A stretch of 64,000 nucleotides of DNA, from contig OZ220485.1 of NCBI GenBank assembly GCA_965116065.1, forward strand, positions 3,760,347 through 3,824,346, read 5' to 3'. The stretch comes from Bryobacterales bacterium (GTDB lineage Bacteria; Acidobacteriota; Terriglobia; Bryobacterales; UBA6623). The notes beneath the pieces are model-generated. The model worked only from the letters and a program-made list of their open reading frames with translations, searched no databases and was not told the origin of the DNA. A program made the position numbers and the translations under genes. Positions 39,899-49,750 of this stretch are shown here, in pieces; position 1 is the first letter of the stretch, and every line of letters starts with the position of its first letter.

Positions 39899-40708
39899 TC
39901 AGTGCGTCATGGCGTAGATGACGTAGTTGACGGCGAAGCGGTACGCCAGAGCCGTCAAGTTCTCGGGATATTCGGGGGTGTCGGCATGTTCCCACGCATC
40001 GCCAAGATCCATGTTGTAGTTGATGGCGACCATGAGCCGCCCCTCGTCGTCGTAGACACCGCGCCAGTGCGGCGTGTAGCCGTGCTTCTCCCAAGTGGTG
40101 CCGGACCACACGTACTGGATGCCCGGCACCTGGATCCGATGATCAAGGTCGTAGAGGGTGTGCAGGATCGGATCGGCCTCGGGGATCTCGACGATCGTCC
40201 GCTGCGGAAAGACACGCTTCATGCTCGCTTCGAAGCCGGCCCACTCGTACGCCCCGTGAAAGTCGTCGACGACCAGGAACCCGCCCCGGAGCAGATACTC
40301 CCGCAACCGCGCCGCCTCGAACTCGTCGAGGTGCCAGCGGCCCACCTCGACAGCATAAATCCAGGGATAGTCGAACAGGGCCTCGTCCATCGGATCGAAG
40401 AACCTGCCGCCGTACGCCGTGTCGATCAGCGTCAGTCGGCTGATGCCGTTGGTCAGGTGGTACTCGGCGTCCGGCCAATCCGTGCGCCAGCCACCCCGCC
40501 GACGCCCCCGTCCACCGTGTTCTCCGGAGCCGTAGGCATACCGTACGAACTGGAATTCGGCACGTGCATCCGGATCGAAGTCCCACGCGCGAGGGTCACC
40601 TCCACCGCCACGGCCCCCCCAGAACTGCAGGGCGGTCAGCAGCGGCACGGCAGTCAAGGTGAATACGCCGACCGGAACCGCCAGATTTCGTAGCGTCGCC
40701 AAGACCAT
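39899..40708 (-). CDS. DUF4159 domain protein
   Basis: I chose ATG 40708 (MVLATLRNLAVPVGVFTLTAVPLL...). The body has DWPDAEYHL, DYPWIYAVEVGRW, EAARLREYLLRGGFLVVDDFHG and AINYNMDLGDAWE. The track ORF (to 41332) is an extension overlapping rpoD. Confidence 0.75.
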   Translation of the reverse strand: MVLATLRNLAVPVGVFTLTAVPLLTALQFWGGRGGGGDPRAWDFDPDARAEFQFVRYAYGSGEHGGRGRRRGGWRTDWPDAEYHLTNGISRLTLIDTAYGGRFFDPMDEALFDYPWIYAVEVGRWHLDEFEAARLREYLLRGGFLVVDDFHGAYEWAGFEASMKRVFPQRTIVEIPEADPILHTLYDLDHRIQVPGIQYVWSGTTWEKHGYTPHWRGVYDDEGRLMVAINYNMDLGDAWEHADTPEYPENLTALAYRFAVNYVIYAMTH

Positions 40709-40785
40709 GCGGCAGCCTGTCCCCGGAGGATGCCTGACTGTAGCACAGAAGCGGACCCGCAAGGCAATGGCGGACCCGGTTCCGG

Positions 40786-42222
40786 CTAGGCCGGCACGAG
40801 GTGTCGCAACCGCTCGATGCTGGCGGGATCGCGAAGCTTGCGGAGCGCCTTGTTCTCCAGCTGCCGGATACGCTCCCGGGTCAGACCGAAGTGCTTGCCG
40901 ATCTCCTGCAGGGTCTGCTCGCGGTGGGCCCCGATGCCGTATCGACGCTGCAGGATCTCGCGCTCGATCTCCGGCAGTGTCTCGAGCACGCTGGCGGCCT
41001 CCTGTGGCAGGTTGCCCTTCAGGAGACTGTCCAAGGGGGAAACGGCTTCCTTGTCCTCGATCAGTTCCTCGAGGCTGGATTCGCCGTCGGGGCCGACCCG
41101 GGTCTCGAGCGAGACCGGAGTGAGGGCGATGAGGCGGAGCTTCTCGACCCGCTCGAGATCCACATCGAGAAACTCGGCAACCTGCTGGTTCGTGGGTGCC
41201 TGCCCCAGGTCCTTCTCGAGCAAGCGGAGCGCTCGATGGAACTTGTTGAGTTGCTCGTTCATGTGGACCGGAATCCGTACCGTCCTGGACTGGTCCGCCA
41301 GCGACCGCATGATCGCCTGGCGGATCCACCACGTGGCATAGGTCGAGAACTTGAAGCCCAGCCGGTGGTCGAATTTCTCGACGGCACGAGCCAGACCGAT
41401 GTTACCCTCCTGGATCAGATCCAGGATGTGCATGCTGCGGTTCGCGAATTTCTTCGCGATCGACACGACAAGGCGCAGGTTCGCCTCGATGAGTGCGTTC
41501 TTGGCCACCTCGGCCTGTTTGCTGCCGACGTTGATGCGTTGCAATTGCCGGCGGGCCGCAGTCTCGTCCATCGGCAGCCATTCCAGCCCCAGCGTATCCG
41601 GCGCCCGAAGGCGCCTGGCATCACGGACGAACATCGCAGCGTAGGTGCGCCACACGTCCTTGTCGAGGTTGAGATGCCGGATCTCCCGCATGACGGCCAC
41701 GACTCGGCGGTAGTACTGCCAGCGCTCCGCTCGCCACTCGGACGACTCCCGGTTCGAAGCCTCGTCCAGATGCTGCTTTGCCCCCTGTATCGACGCCAGC
41801 GCAGCCGCGATCTTGCCCAGCCGCTGTTTCAGTCCGCGGACGCTCCGCATCACGTCCTCTGCATCGGAACTGGCGCCGCCTTCGACCACACGCCGACCCA
41901 CCTGCGGCTCCTGCTTCAGCTTCATCCGCAGCTTGAGCAACTCGGACCACAGCCAGGATGTCCGGGACAGGTCGTGACGCACCCGCTCCTCCGCCCGTTC
42001 GAGCCGCTTGGCAAGAGCCACCTCACCAGCCTTGTCCAGCAGGCGGACCGCGCCGATCTCGGACAGGTACAGCCGCACGCTATCTTCCGGGGGCGAGGCA
42101 TGCTCCCGCTCCCGCCCATCAGGGGCAGCGCTCCGACCGAGGACATCCATGGATGCATCACCAGCCGGGAGCGGGGCATTTTCCGCCGGGGCCGTCACCG
42201 TTGCAGCAGTCGCACTCAGCAT
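40786..42222 (-). CDS. rpoD: RNA polymerase sigma-70 factor (primary-type)
   Basis: Regions 1.2-4.2 are present ([70 protein letters not shown]). The start is uncertain: ATG 42222 (MLSATAA) or TTG 42285 inside the AT-rich promoter patch. Confidence 0.9.
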   Translation of the reverse strand: MLSATAATVTAPAENAPLPAGDASMDVLGRSAAPDGREREHASPPEDSVRLYLSEIGAVRLLDKAGEVALAKRLERAEERVRHDLSRTSWLWSELLKLRMKLKQEPQVGRRVVEGGASSDAEDVMRSVRGLKQRLGKIAAALASIQGAKQHLDEASNRESSEWRAERWQYYRRVVAVMREIRHLNLDKDVWRTYAAMFVRDARRLRAPDTLGLEWLPMDETAARRQLQRINVGSKQAEVAKNALIEANLRLVVSIAKKFANRSMHILDLIQEGNIGLARAVEKFDHRLGFKFSTYATWWIRQAIMRSLADQSRTVRIPVHMNEQLNKFHRALRLLEKDLGQAPTNQQVAEFLDVDLERVEKLRLIALTPVSLETRVGPDGESSLEELIEDKEAVSPLDSLLKGNLPQEAASVLETLPEIEREILQRRYGIGAHREQTLQEIGKHFGLTRERIRQLENKALRKLRDPASIERLRHLVPA

Positions 42223-42272
42223 CTTTTCGTATTGGACGCCCGCCGGACCGATTCGGTTGCACGTCTCGCCGA

Positions 42273-42295
42273 TATAATTTAACAAAATTTTATCA
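42273..42295. promoter_or_regulatory. AT-rich divergent promoter patch between rpoD and ctp: TATAAT (+, 42273-42278) and TGATAAAAT (-, 42287-42295)
   Basis: GATATAATTTAACAAAATTTTATCATTTTG is an almost pure A/T run in a GC-rich genome. It contains a consensus -10 facing ctp and an extended -10 facing rpoD. Confidence 0.4.
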
Positions 42296-42368
42296 TTTTG
42301 GACGCTCGGAGTCCACCAGCCGCGTTATCCGGAGTCATTGATTCGCCGGAGCCTATAATCGCGTACAG

Positions 42369-43847
42369 GTGCGACCGCGAGTTTGCAGCGCCGGGTTCGG
42401 ACTGTACCTGGCCGTTGCGACGCCGCTCGGTGCGGCTTCAGCCGGATCCGGCAACGTGGCGGAGACGGAGAGACATACCCGGCGGTTTCTCGAGGTCTTC
42501 GGCCTTCTGGGTCAGCGCCTGGCCGAACCCTTCGACACGGCGGAGTCCATCTACCGCGGGGCGCTGCCGGCGATGCTCCACACGCTGGACCCGTTCTCTG
42601 CATTCCTTGATCCGCAGCAGCTCGAGAGCCTGCGGGAGATGCAGCGGTCGACCGAGAGGGGATTCGGCAGCGTCGTCAATCTCCTGCCCGGACGGGTGAT
42701 CGTCCTGCAAACGCTGCCCGGTAGTCCGTCCGAGCGGGCGGGCATCGCTCCGGGCGACGAGATCCTGGCACTCAACGGCCAGCCACTTGCCCAGTTCCCG
42801 ATCGAGCAACTCGTGGCGGTGCTGGCGAATGCCCGTCAGGACCGGGCGCAGCTCATGGTCAAGCGCCCCAACTTTCCGAACCTGCTGGAAATGACGCTGG
42901 TGCCGGCGGAGATGGCGGACCCCAGCGTTTCCCGCCACTTCCTGCTCGAGCCGGGTATCGCCTACGCGAAGATCCTCAATTTCGAGGCTGCGACCGCCAG
43001 CGAGTTGCACGGCATTCTCGGCTCCCTCGGTGGCCGGGACCTGTCCGGTCTTGTGCTGGACCTGCGGGGGAACCCTGGCGGGATCATCGAGTCGGCCGTC
43101 CAGGTTGCCGCATTCTTCCTGCGGCCGGACGAGCGAATTCTGTGGATCCGCGGCCGCGACGGGAACAAGGAGGCACTGCGGGTACCACCGCACTCCGCTC
43201 CGTACAGCTTTCCGTTGCGGGTCCTGATCGACGGACGCACGGCGAGCGCAGCAGAACTCGTGGCCGGTGCGCTGCAGGATCACGGACGGGCACGCCTGGT
43301 CGGGCAGCGCAGTTTCGGCAAGGGCCTGGTCCAGAGCGTCTTCGAACTGAGTGGCGATACCGCACTGGCGCTCACCACGGCGTTCTACGAGACGCCGTCC
43401 GAGCGGTCCATCCAGCGCTGGACCAGCGCGTGCGGAGAGTTTCAGCTGGCCCCTTGCGGGCCCGGCGGGCACGACGGCAGGGTCCGTGGAGGCATCGAGC
43501 CCGACAGGGAGGCCGGACCACGTCCGTTCTCCCGGCTCGAACAGGTGCTGCTCGCGAGCAACTCCTTCCTGGAGTTCGCCCGCGACTACGTCAGCGTTCG
43601 CCCTGACATCGACCGGTCGTTCGAACCCGACAACGGGATGCTGGACGAGTTCCAGGTCTACCTGTCGCAGCGCCATATCCGGCCCGCTCTCGCCGAATGG
43701 TCGTCCACGCTCGGGTTCGTCCGCTCGATGCTCAAGCAGGAGGTGCTCAACCTGACGGCGGGAGTGGCGGCTGGCGACGAAATCGAGATCCGCAGGGATC
43801 CCGTGGTGGCCGTCGCACTCGCGGAACTGCGCGCCGAGGCCCACTAG
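42369..43847 (+). CDS. ctp: S41-family C-terminal processing peptidase (PDZ-containing)
   Basis: 492 aa. PDZ region (GSPSERAGIAPGDEILALNG), GLVLDLRGNPGG, LIDGRTASAAE and GQRSFGKG. Confidence 0.85.
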   Translation: MRPRVCSAGFGLYLAVATPLGAASAGSGNVAETERHTRRFLEVFGLLGQRLAEPFDTAESIYRGALPAMLHTLDPFSAFLDPQQLESLREMQRSTERGFGSVVNLLPGRVIVLQTLPGSPSERAGIAPGDEILALNGQPLAQFPIEQLVAVLANARQDRAQLMVKRPNFPNLLEMTLVPAEMADPSVSRHFLLEPGIAYAKILNFEAATASELHGILGSLGGRDLSGLVLDLRGNPGGIIESAVQVAAFFLRPDERILWIRGRDGNKEALRVPPHSAPYSFPLRVLIDGRTASAAELVAGALQDHGRARLVGQRSFGKGLVQSVFELSGDTALALTTAFYETPSERSIQRWTSACGEFQLAPCGPGGHDGRVRGGIEPDREAGPRPFSRLEQVLLASNSFLEFARDYVSVRPDIDRSFEPDNGMLDEFQVYLSQRHIRPALAEWSSTLGFVRSMLKQEVLNLTAGVAAGDEIEIRRDPVVAVALAELRAEAH

Positions 43848-43909
43848 CGCAACGGGATCCGTTTGCGCGCCGTGGACGAAACGTGCACACTGGTTGCAGA
43901 GGGAAACAC

Positions 43910-44875
43910 GTGTTCACCAGACAGATACTCCTGACCGTCACCTTGGCCGCCCTTGGTACCACTGCCGGGTGCAATCGGTCGGACACCGTCCGGATCGGAG
44001 TCGTGCCGAAAGCGGTCGCGCACGAGTTCTGGGTCGCGGTCCACGCCGGAGCGGACGAGGCTGGACGCGAAGCCGGCGTCACGATCGAGTGGCAGGGCCC
44101 GTCCGCCGAGACCGAGTTCTCCCGTCAGATCGAGATCGTCGACGCCATGATCAATTCCCGGGTGGACGGCATCGTCCTGGCACCGACCGAGGCCACGGCG
44201 CTCGTCGGAGTGGTCGAGCGGGCCGGACGGGAGGGGATTCCGGTGACCATATTCGACTCCGGGATCAACACGGACGAGTACGTTTCCTTCGTGGCGAGCA
44301 ACAACCGCAAGGCCGGCTCCACGGCTGCGCACACCCTGGGGGACCTGCTGGACGGACAGGGCAGGATCGTGGTGATCAAGAACGTACCAGGATCCGCATC
44401 GACCATGGAACGCGAAGCGGGTTTCGAGGAAACGCTGGCCAGCGACTATCCGGGCATCGAGATCGTCGACTTCAAGTACTGCCAGTCGGATCGCTCGATC
44501 GCCCTGCAGGTTTCCGAGAACATGCTCACGGCGAATCCGGATCTGGACGGAATCTTCGCCTCGGCCGAACCGGGAACGGTCGGTGCCGCTACGGCGCTCC
44601 GCAACCGCGACATGGTCGAGCAGGTCAAACTGGTCGGTTTCGACTGGACCTACACGCTGGAACGGGATTTTCGCGAAGGAGTGATCCGTGCGCTGGTGGT
44701 GCAGGATCCGTTCCAGATCGGTCGCACGGCCGTCCAGTCCGTGCTGGCCGCGCTGCGCGGAGAAACGCCCCCGAAACGCATCGACACCGACACGCATGTG
44801 GTCACACTGGAGAACATCGACGATCCCGAGATCGTCGCGGTCCTGCGGATCGACCTCGGTGAATACATGCCGTAG
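43910..44875 (+). CDS. Periplasmic sugar-binding lipoprotein (RbsB/LacI-type PBP, ABC substrate-binding protein)
   Basis: I chose GTG 43910 (VFTRQILLTVTLAALGTTAGC lipobox); the track ORF starts at 43697. It has IGVVPKAVAHEFW, VDGIVLAP, IPVTIFDS and VKLVGFD. Confidence 0.8.
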   Translation: MFTRQILLTVTLAALGTTAGCNRSDTVRIGVVPKAVAHEFWVAVHAGADEAGREAGVTIEWQGPSAETEFSRQIEIVDAMINSRVDGIVLAPTEATALVGVVERAGREGIPVTIFDSGINTDEYVSFVASNNRKAGSTAAHTLGDLLDGQGRIVVIKNVPGSASTMEREAGFEETLASDYPGIEIVDFKYCQSDRSIALQVSENMLTANPDLDGIFASAEPGTVGAATALRNRDMVEQVKLVGFDWTYTLERDFREGVIRALVVQDPFQIGRTAVQSVLAALRGETPPKRIDTDTHVVTLENIDDPEIVAVLRIDLGEYMP

Positions 44876-44891
44876 CCCATCGGGATTTCCC

Positions 44892-46103
44892 TCAGGCAGA
44901 GAACGCGGTACGCAGCCGGGCAAGGGCCCAATCGAGTTCGTCGCGCTCGACGACCAGCGGAGGCGCGATCCGGATCACGTGATCGTGCGTCTCCTTGCAG
45001 AGCATTCCCAACTCAAGCAAGCGTTCGCAATACACCCGGGCGGGCACCTGCAGTTCAATGCCTGCCAGCAGGCCTCGACCGCGGACTTCGATGATGTCGG
45101 GATGGGAAAGCCGCCGCAACTCATCCAGGAACCACGCTCCGATCTCCGCCGAACGACGCACCAGCCCCTCGTCGAGTGTCACCTGGAGCGCCTCCCGGGC
45201 CACGGCGCATCCCAACGGGTTGCCACCGAACGTCGAACCGTGACTCCCTGGATCGAAGACCCCCAGAACTTCGCGGCTCGCAATCACCGCCGACACCGGA
45301 TAGCACCCTCCCGCAAGCGCCTTGCCGAGAACGAATACATCCGGCTGCACTCCCTCGTGACGACAGGCGAACAGTTCGCCGGTGCGACCGAGTCCCGTCT
45401 GAATCTCGTCGGCGATCAACAGGACGTTACGGGAGCGGCAGATCTCGGCGGCGGCAGCCAGATACCCCTCGGGCGGAATCAGAATTCCGGCTTCACACTG
45501 GATGGGCTCGACCAGGAACGCGCAGGTGTGCTCGGTAATGGCCGCTTCCAGCTTGGCGGCATCACCAAAAGGGATGGAGCGAAAACCCGGCGTGAACGGT
45601 CCGAACCCGTCCCGCGAGGCGGAGTCGGAGGAGAATCCGATGATCGTCGTGGTCCGGCCGTGGAAATTGTTCTCGCAGACCACGATTTCGGCGCGGTCCG
45701 CGGGAATCCCCTTCCGCATGTAGCCCCAGCGGCGTGCAGCCTTGATCGCCGTCTCGACAGCCTCCGCTCCGGAGTTCATGGGCAGGACCATCTCCATGCC
45801 GCAAAGTTCCGCCAGTTCGCGGCAGAACAGGGGCAACTGGTCGTTGCGGAACGCCCTCGACGTGAGCGTGACGTGCTCGGCCTGCACGCGCAGGGCGTGC
45901 AGGATGCGGGGGTGACAGTGGCCCTGATTCACTGCCGAGTAGGCACTCAGGCAGTCCAGGTAGCGGCGACCATCGACATCGTAGACCCACGCCCCCCTCG
46001 CCCGCGCCACGACAACCGGAAGAGGGTGGTAGTTGTGAGCGCCCCAGCGGTCCTCGATGGCCAGCATTTCGTCCGTCCGGGAAGCTTCGATTGCGTGCGC
46101 CAA
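44892..46103 (-). CDS. rocD: Ornithine--oxo-acid aminotransferase
   Basis: [49 protein letters not shown] and the PLP lysine region VLGKALAGG. The start is probably TTG 46103 (GAGGG 7 nt upstream); the track ORF extends to GTG 46166. Confidence 0.85.
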   Translation of the reverse strand: MAHAIEASRTDEMLAIEDRWGAHNYHPLPVVVARARGAWVYDVDGRRYLDCLSAYSAVNQGHCHPRILHALRVQAEHVTLTSRAFRNDQLPLFCRELAELCGMEMVLPMNSGAEAVETAIKAARRWGYMRKGIPADRAEIVVCENNFHGRTTTIIGFSSDSASRDGFGPFTPGFRSIPFGDAAKLEAAITEHTCAFLVEPIQCEAGILIPPEGYLAAAAEICRSRNVLLIADEIQTGLGRTGELFACRHEGVQPDVFVLGKALAGGCYPVSAVIASREVLGVFDPGSHGSTFGGNPLGCAVAREALQVTLDEGLVRRSAEIGAWFLDELRRLSHPDIIEVRGRGLLAGIELQVPARVYCERLLELGMLCKETHDHVIRIAPPLVVERDELDWALARLRTAFSA

Positions 46104-46165
46104 GCGTGAACCCTCGCAGGTTACAGGGTACCACCGGGCGCCTCTCGGGGCGCTGCCACCCGACA

Positions 46166-46546
46166 CTACTCGGGTTCCGGGACATAGATCACTTCACCGC
46201 TCTCGAGCCGGTAGGCGACTCCCAGCCGCTGCCCCCGCCCCTGACCTCGCTCCTCGCTCGATCGGAGACGCTCGATGTGGCGGCCCTTCTTGACGATCAT
46301 CTCCATGTCGGGCTTGCCCGGATTGGTGACGATCGTGATGTCCCGCGTGCTCATGCGGGCCGCAACCTCGGCCAGGCTCGTGCTCCCGGCCAGGGCCAGA
46401 ATCAGAGCGACCACCAGCACCATGCTCGCGTCGAACAGGTTGACAACGCCCCCCAGCGGATCACCGTCGTCCGGAGACACCATCGCTTCATCCGCCCGTC
46501 GCTGCCATTCCCGGCGACGCATGCGCCTATCCGAGCCCTTCACCAT
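46166..46546 (-). CDS. DUF2149 domain protein (single TM)
   Basis: I chose ATG 46546 (AAGGAGA 9 nt upstream), which overlaps the end of the MotA/ExbB gene by 20 nt. It has [18 protein letters not shown] followed by a soluble C-terminus. The family call is from memory of the MotA/ExbB-DUF2149 pairing. Confidence 0.6.
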   Translation of the reverse strand: MVKGSDRRMRRREWQRRADEAMVSPDDGDPLGGVVNLFDASMVLVVALILALAGSTSLAEVAARMSTRDITIVTNPGKPDMEMIVKKGRHIERLRSSEERGQGRGQRLGVAYRLESGEVIYVPEPE

Positions 46547-47135
46547 CTGTCGCGGTCTCCTTCCCGTCTGTCCGCGCCTGCCAGGCATCCAGCAGATAGT
46601 GCATCTCCGTCAGGTCCTGGCGGCCCCACTGACGGACCAGCACCGCCAGGGCATGCGAGACGCCGCCCACGATCAAGCCGACCACCGTGGTGGTGAAGCC
46701 GATCAGAAGATTGGCCGCCATGGACTGCATGTCGCCGGCCGCCAGGCCGGCGAGCGCCGGCTGCAGCGGAATCAGCGTGCCGACCAGCCCCAGCATCGGA
46801 CCCGTGCGCGCAAGGACCGCAAGCCTCTCCGCACGCCCCCGCAACTCGTTGCCAAGATCCGCTACGGTCTTGTCGAGCCGCTCGGGATGCTCCGTTGCAG
46901 CGTGCGCGAAGCGGCCGAGTGCCAGCTTCCAGTCCAGCGCCAGGAAGCGCTCCGGACTCGGAGTTCCCGCATGGTACCGGCGAAGCGCCTCCCGGTTGGC
47001 CCGCCGTTCCAGTGCATCCGACAGGACACCACCGGCGAGATAGGTGGTGTACACGAAGAGCGCTACGATCGCCACCAGTGCGGGCAGCAGGAACGCACTA
47101 GAAATCCAGTAGAGAAGACTTTGCAGGTGTTCCAC
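46527..47135 (-). CDS. MotA/TolQ/ExbB proton-channel family protein
   Basis: 202 aa with three TM segments. The signature is ARTGPMLGLVGTLIPL...GFTTTVVGLIVG. Confidence 0.8.
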   Translation of the reverse strand: MEHLQSLLYWISSAFLLPALVAIVALFVYTTYLAGGVLSDALERRANREALRRYHAGTPSPERFLALDWKLALGRFAHAATEHPERLDKTVADLGNELRGRAERLAVLARTGPMLGLVGTLIPLQPALAGLAAGDMQSMAANLLIGFTTTVVGLIVGGVSHALAVLVRQWGRQDLTEMHYLLDAWQARTDGKETATDGEGLG

Positions 47136-47168
47136 ATGAACCCCACCGACCCGAGGTCGCCCCGGGCG

Positions 47169-47618
47169 TCATCCGCGCCGTTCCGCTGCCAGGACCTTCT
47201 CCAGCCGTCGGACGAAACGCTCGTGCGGCTGGAACCGAGCCCGGAGGAACGCGATCGCCAGTTCTTCGGCGCGGTCGGCATCGACGACCCGCCCGCCCAG
47301 ACAGAGAACGTTGAGGTCGTCGTGCTCGACCCCCTGTGCGGCCGAATACGGATCGTGGCACACGCAGGCCCGCACACCTTTCAGTTTGTTGGCGGCCACG
47401 CACGAGCCGACGCCGCTGCCGCACACGACGATGCCTCGGTCAGCCTCGTTTCCTCGCACCTTCTCGGCGACGGCGACTGCATAGTCGGGATAATCGTCAT
47501 CGGCATCATACCGGTGAGACCCGACATCCGACAAGGCGTAACCGGCCTCAGTGAGCCGCTCCACGAGCACCTCCTTGAGGGCAAGGCCAGCGTGATCAGC
47601 ACCGATAGCGACACGCAT
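47169..47618 (-). CDS. rpiB: Ribose-5-phosphate isomerase B
   Basis: I chose ATG 47618 (MRVAIGADHAGLALKE...). It has GIVVCGSGVGSCVAANK and HDDLNVLCLGGRV. The track ORF (to 48116) is an upstream extension. Confidence 0.9.
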   Translation of the reverse strand: MRVAIGADHAGLALKEVLVERLTEAGYALSDVGSHRYDADDDYPDYAVAVAEKVRGNEADRGIVVCGSGVGSCVAANKLKGVRACVCHDPYSAAQGVEHDDLNVLCLGGRVVDADRAEELAIAFLRARFQPHERFVRRLEKVLAAERRG

Positions 47619-48144
47619 CAACTCCCAATCATATCCCAGAACCAGACGGTGACAGCAGGGCCGACGGCGCGTCTGGTGCGGTTCAACTTGGGAGCGGGAA
47701 GGCCGGTCCTGTACGTCTGCACCGGTGGGAGAAGGGCTGCCGAGGGAGAGCGAACCAATGTGGGGGCGGCAGGCGGAAGGTCGTGCCGAGGACCGGAACG
47801 TCACCCCACCGGGAAGCGTTGCCGTGCTTGCGGAGCGAGACCGCCAAAGCGGACGCCACAGCCTGCAACGATGAGTGTCGGAAGCGCCGGAACCGGCAGG
47901 CGCAGTGCCGATTGTCTCGGCAACGGCGTCACTGCGATTCCTGCTTGCATCCTGACCGTGGAGTTCCCGATACCGTCGACCGCCGGTCGATCCGTCCTCA
48001 CCGACCCGAAGGACCTTCCGTACGCGCCTGTAATACCATGGAGTTGCTGAGCCGTTCATCGAAAGTGGTGCGGTCCGGCCCTGACCAGGGGGCGTCCGGC
48101 CGCCTGAACCGGCCAAAATCCAGCGCGGCCATCAGCCGCCGCTC

Positions 48145-49527
48145 ATGAAAATAGGTTTCATCAGTCTTGGATGCCCGAAGAACCTCGTCGACAGCGAGGT
48201 CATGATGGGACTGCTCGAAGCTCGCGGCCACGAACTCACTGCGGATCCGGGCGAAGCGGAGGCGCTGGTCGTCAACACCTGCAGCTTCATCGAACCGGCC
48301 AAACAGGAATCGATCGATACGATCCTGGAGACCGCGCGGTACAAGACGGCCGGCCGCGCGAAGAGACTCGTGGTTGCGGGCTGCCTGGTCGAGCGCTACC
48401 GGGATGAACTGCGCGAGAACATCCCGGAAGTCGACGCGGTGCTGGGAACGAACGAGATCGAGTCGATCATCCGTCACTGCGAAGGCTGGACTGATCCGGC
48501 GGAGGACGGCAGGCAAGAACCGTACCTCTATCACGACCTCACACCGCGCCGACTCGCGACCCCGCGCCATTTCGCCTACATCAAGATCAACGAGGGCTGC
48601 GACCACCCCTGTTCGTTCTGCATCATCCCCCAGTTGCGGGGCAACTTCCGCAGCCGTCGTTTCGAGTCCGTCGTGAGCGAGGCGGAGAGACTGTTCCGGC
48701 AGGGCACCCGCGAAGTGAACCTGATCGGCCAGGACACGACGGCATTCGGTGAGGATCTCGGACTCCGTGACGGTCTCCCGACACTGCTGGACCGGCTCGG
48801 CCGCATCGAGGACGGAGGTTGGGTCCGGGTACTGTACGCCTACCCGAACCGGATCACCGACAAGCTGCTCGAGACCGTGGCACGCCACGAGAACCTGTGC
48901 CCCTACCTGGACATTCCCCTCCAGCACGCCAGCGCCAGCGTGCTGCGCCGCATGCGGCGCGGGGCCAGCGGCGACATCTTCCTCAAGCTCGTCGAACGCA
49001 TCCGCCGGACGATCCCGGGAGTGGCCCTCCGCAGCAGTTTCATCGTCGGCTTCCCCGGAGAAACCGAGGCGGACTTCGCGGCACTCTGTCAGTTTCTCGA
49101 GGCCGCCGAGTTCGACCACGTCGGCTGCTTCCGTTACTCGGACGACCCCAAGAGCGCCAGCCACGCGCTGGACGGGAAGCTCGACCGACGCACCATCTAC
49201 AACAGGCAGCGGCGCCTGATGGCCGTTCAGCGCCGGATCTCGCGGCGACGAAACCGCGCTCGCGTCGGTGGTCTGCTTCCCTTGGTAGTGACCGGGCCCT
49301 CTCCCGAAACCGAGCTCCTGTGGCAGGGCCGACTGCAGACCCAGGCCGAGGAGATCGACGGAAAGACCTACCTAACCCGCTTCCCCGATGGCGTGACACC
49401 ACGTCCGGGCGATCTGGGAACGGTCCGCATCCACCGCGCCACCGATTACGACCTCTTCGGCGAAGTCGAGCGGATCATTCGCCCGGCGACGCGTCCCGCG
49501 GCAGACATCCTCCCGGTCCTGCAGTAA
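48145..49527 (+). CDS. rimO: Ribosomal protein S12 methylthiotransferase
   Basis: 460 aa. MKIGFISLGCPKNLVDSE, NTCSFIEPAKQES, radical-SAM CDHPCSFCIIP and a TRAM C-terminus. Confidence 0.9.
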   Translation: MKIGFISLGCPKNLVDSEVMMGLLEARGHELTADPGEAEALVVNTCSFIEPAKQESIDTILETARYKTAGRAKRLVVAGCLVERYRDELRENIPEVDAVLGTNEIESIIRHCEGWTDPAEDGRQEPYLYHDLTPRRLATPRHFAYIKINEGCDHPCSFCIIPQLRGNFRSRRFESVVSEAERLFRQGTREVNLIGQDTTAFGEDLGLRDGLPTLLDRLGRIEDGGWVRVLYAYPNRITDKLLETVARHENLCPYLDIPLQHASASVLRRMRRGASGDIFLKLVERIRRTIPGVALRSSFIVGFPGETEADFAALCQFLEAAEFDHVGCFRYSDDPKSASHALDGKLDRRTIYNRQRRLMAVQRRISRRRNRARVGGLLPLVVTGPSPETELLWQGRLQTQAEEIDGKTYLTRFPDGVTPRPGDLGTVRIHRATDYDLFGEVERIIRPATRPAADILPVLQ

Positions 49528-49543
49528 CGACGAAGAGAACAGA

Positions 49544-49750
49544 ATGACCGTTGACCGCGAGCGCTGTCCGATCTGCGGCAAGCCGGCAGATCCGAAGCAA
49601 GCGTGGTTTCCGTTCTGCAACACACGCTGCCAGACGCAGGATCTCGCCAACTGGTCCGCGGGAGCGTACTCCATCCCGGCACCCGCGAGCGAAGCCGACG
49701 AGCACCTTGATCCCTCCAGTGGACAGCAAGAGGGTGCGACAGATGACTAA
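49544..49750 (+). CDS. yacG: DNA gyrase inhibitor YacG (zinc finger)
   Basis: 68 aa. CPICGKP...FCNTRCQTQDLANW. Confidence 0.8.
   Translation: MTVDRERCPICGKPADPKQAWFPFCNTRCQTQDLANWSAGAYSIPAPASEADEHLDPSSGQQEGATDD

Noticed and set aside
40709-41332. An N-terminal 208-codon extension of the DUF4159 ORF that overlaps rpoD on the same strand in another frame.
   Set aside because: The rpoD frame carries unmistakable sigma-70 motifs there. The DUF4159 homology and its TM leader start at ATG 40708.
48040-48140. An SRP-RNA-like string (minus strand CCCTGGTCAGGGCCGGA) upstream of rimO, considered along with a check of the 525-bp rpiB-rimO spacer for RNase P, tmRNA or 6S motifs.
   Set aside because: It lacks the GGAA tetraloop/AGCA symmetric-loop core of SRP domain IV. 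No GAAAGUCCGG (RNase P) or tmRNA hallmarks were found. The spacer remains unexplained but unsupported as an RNA gene.
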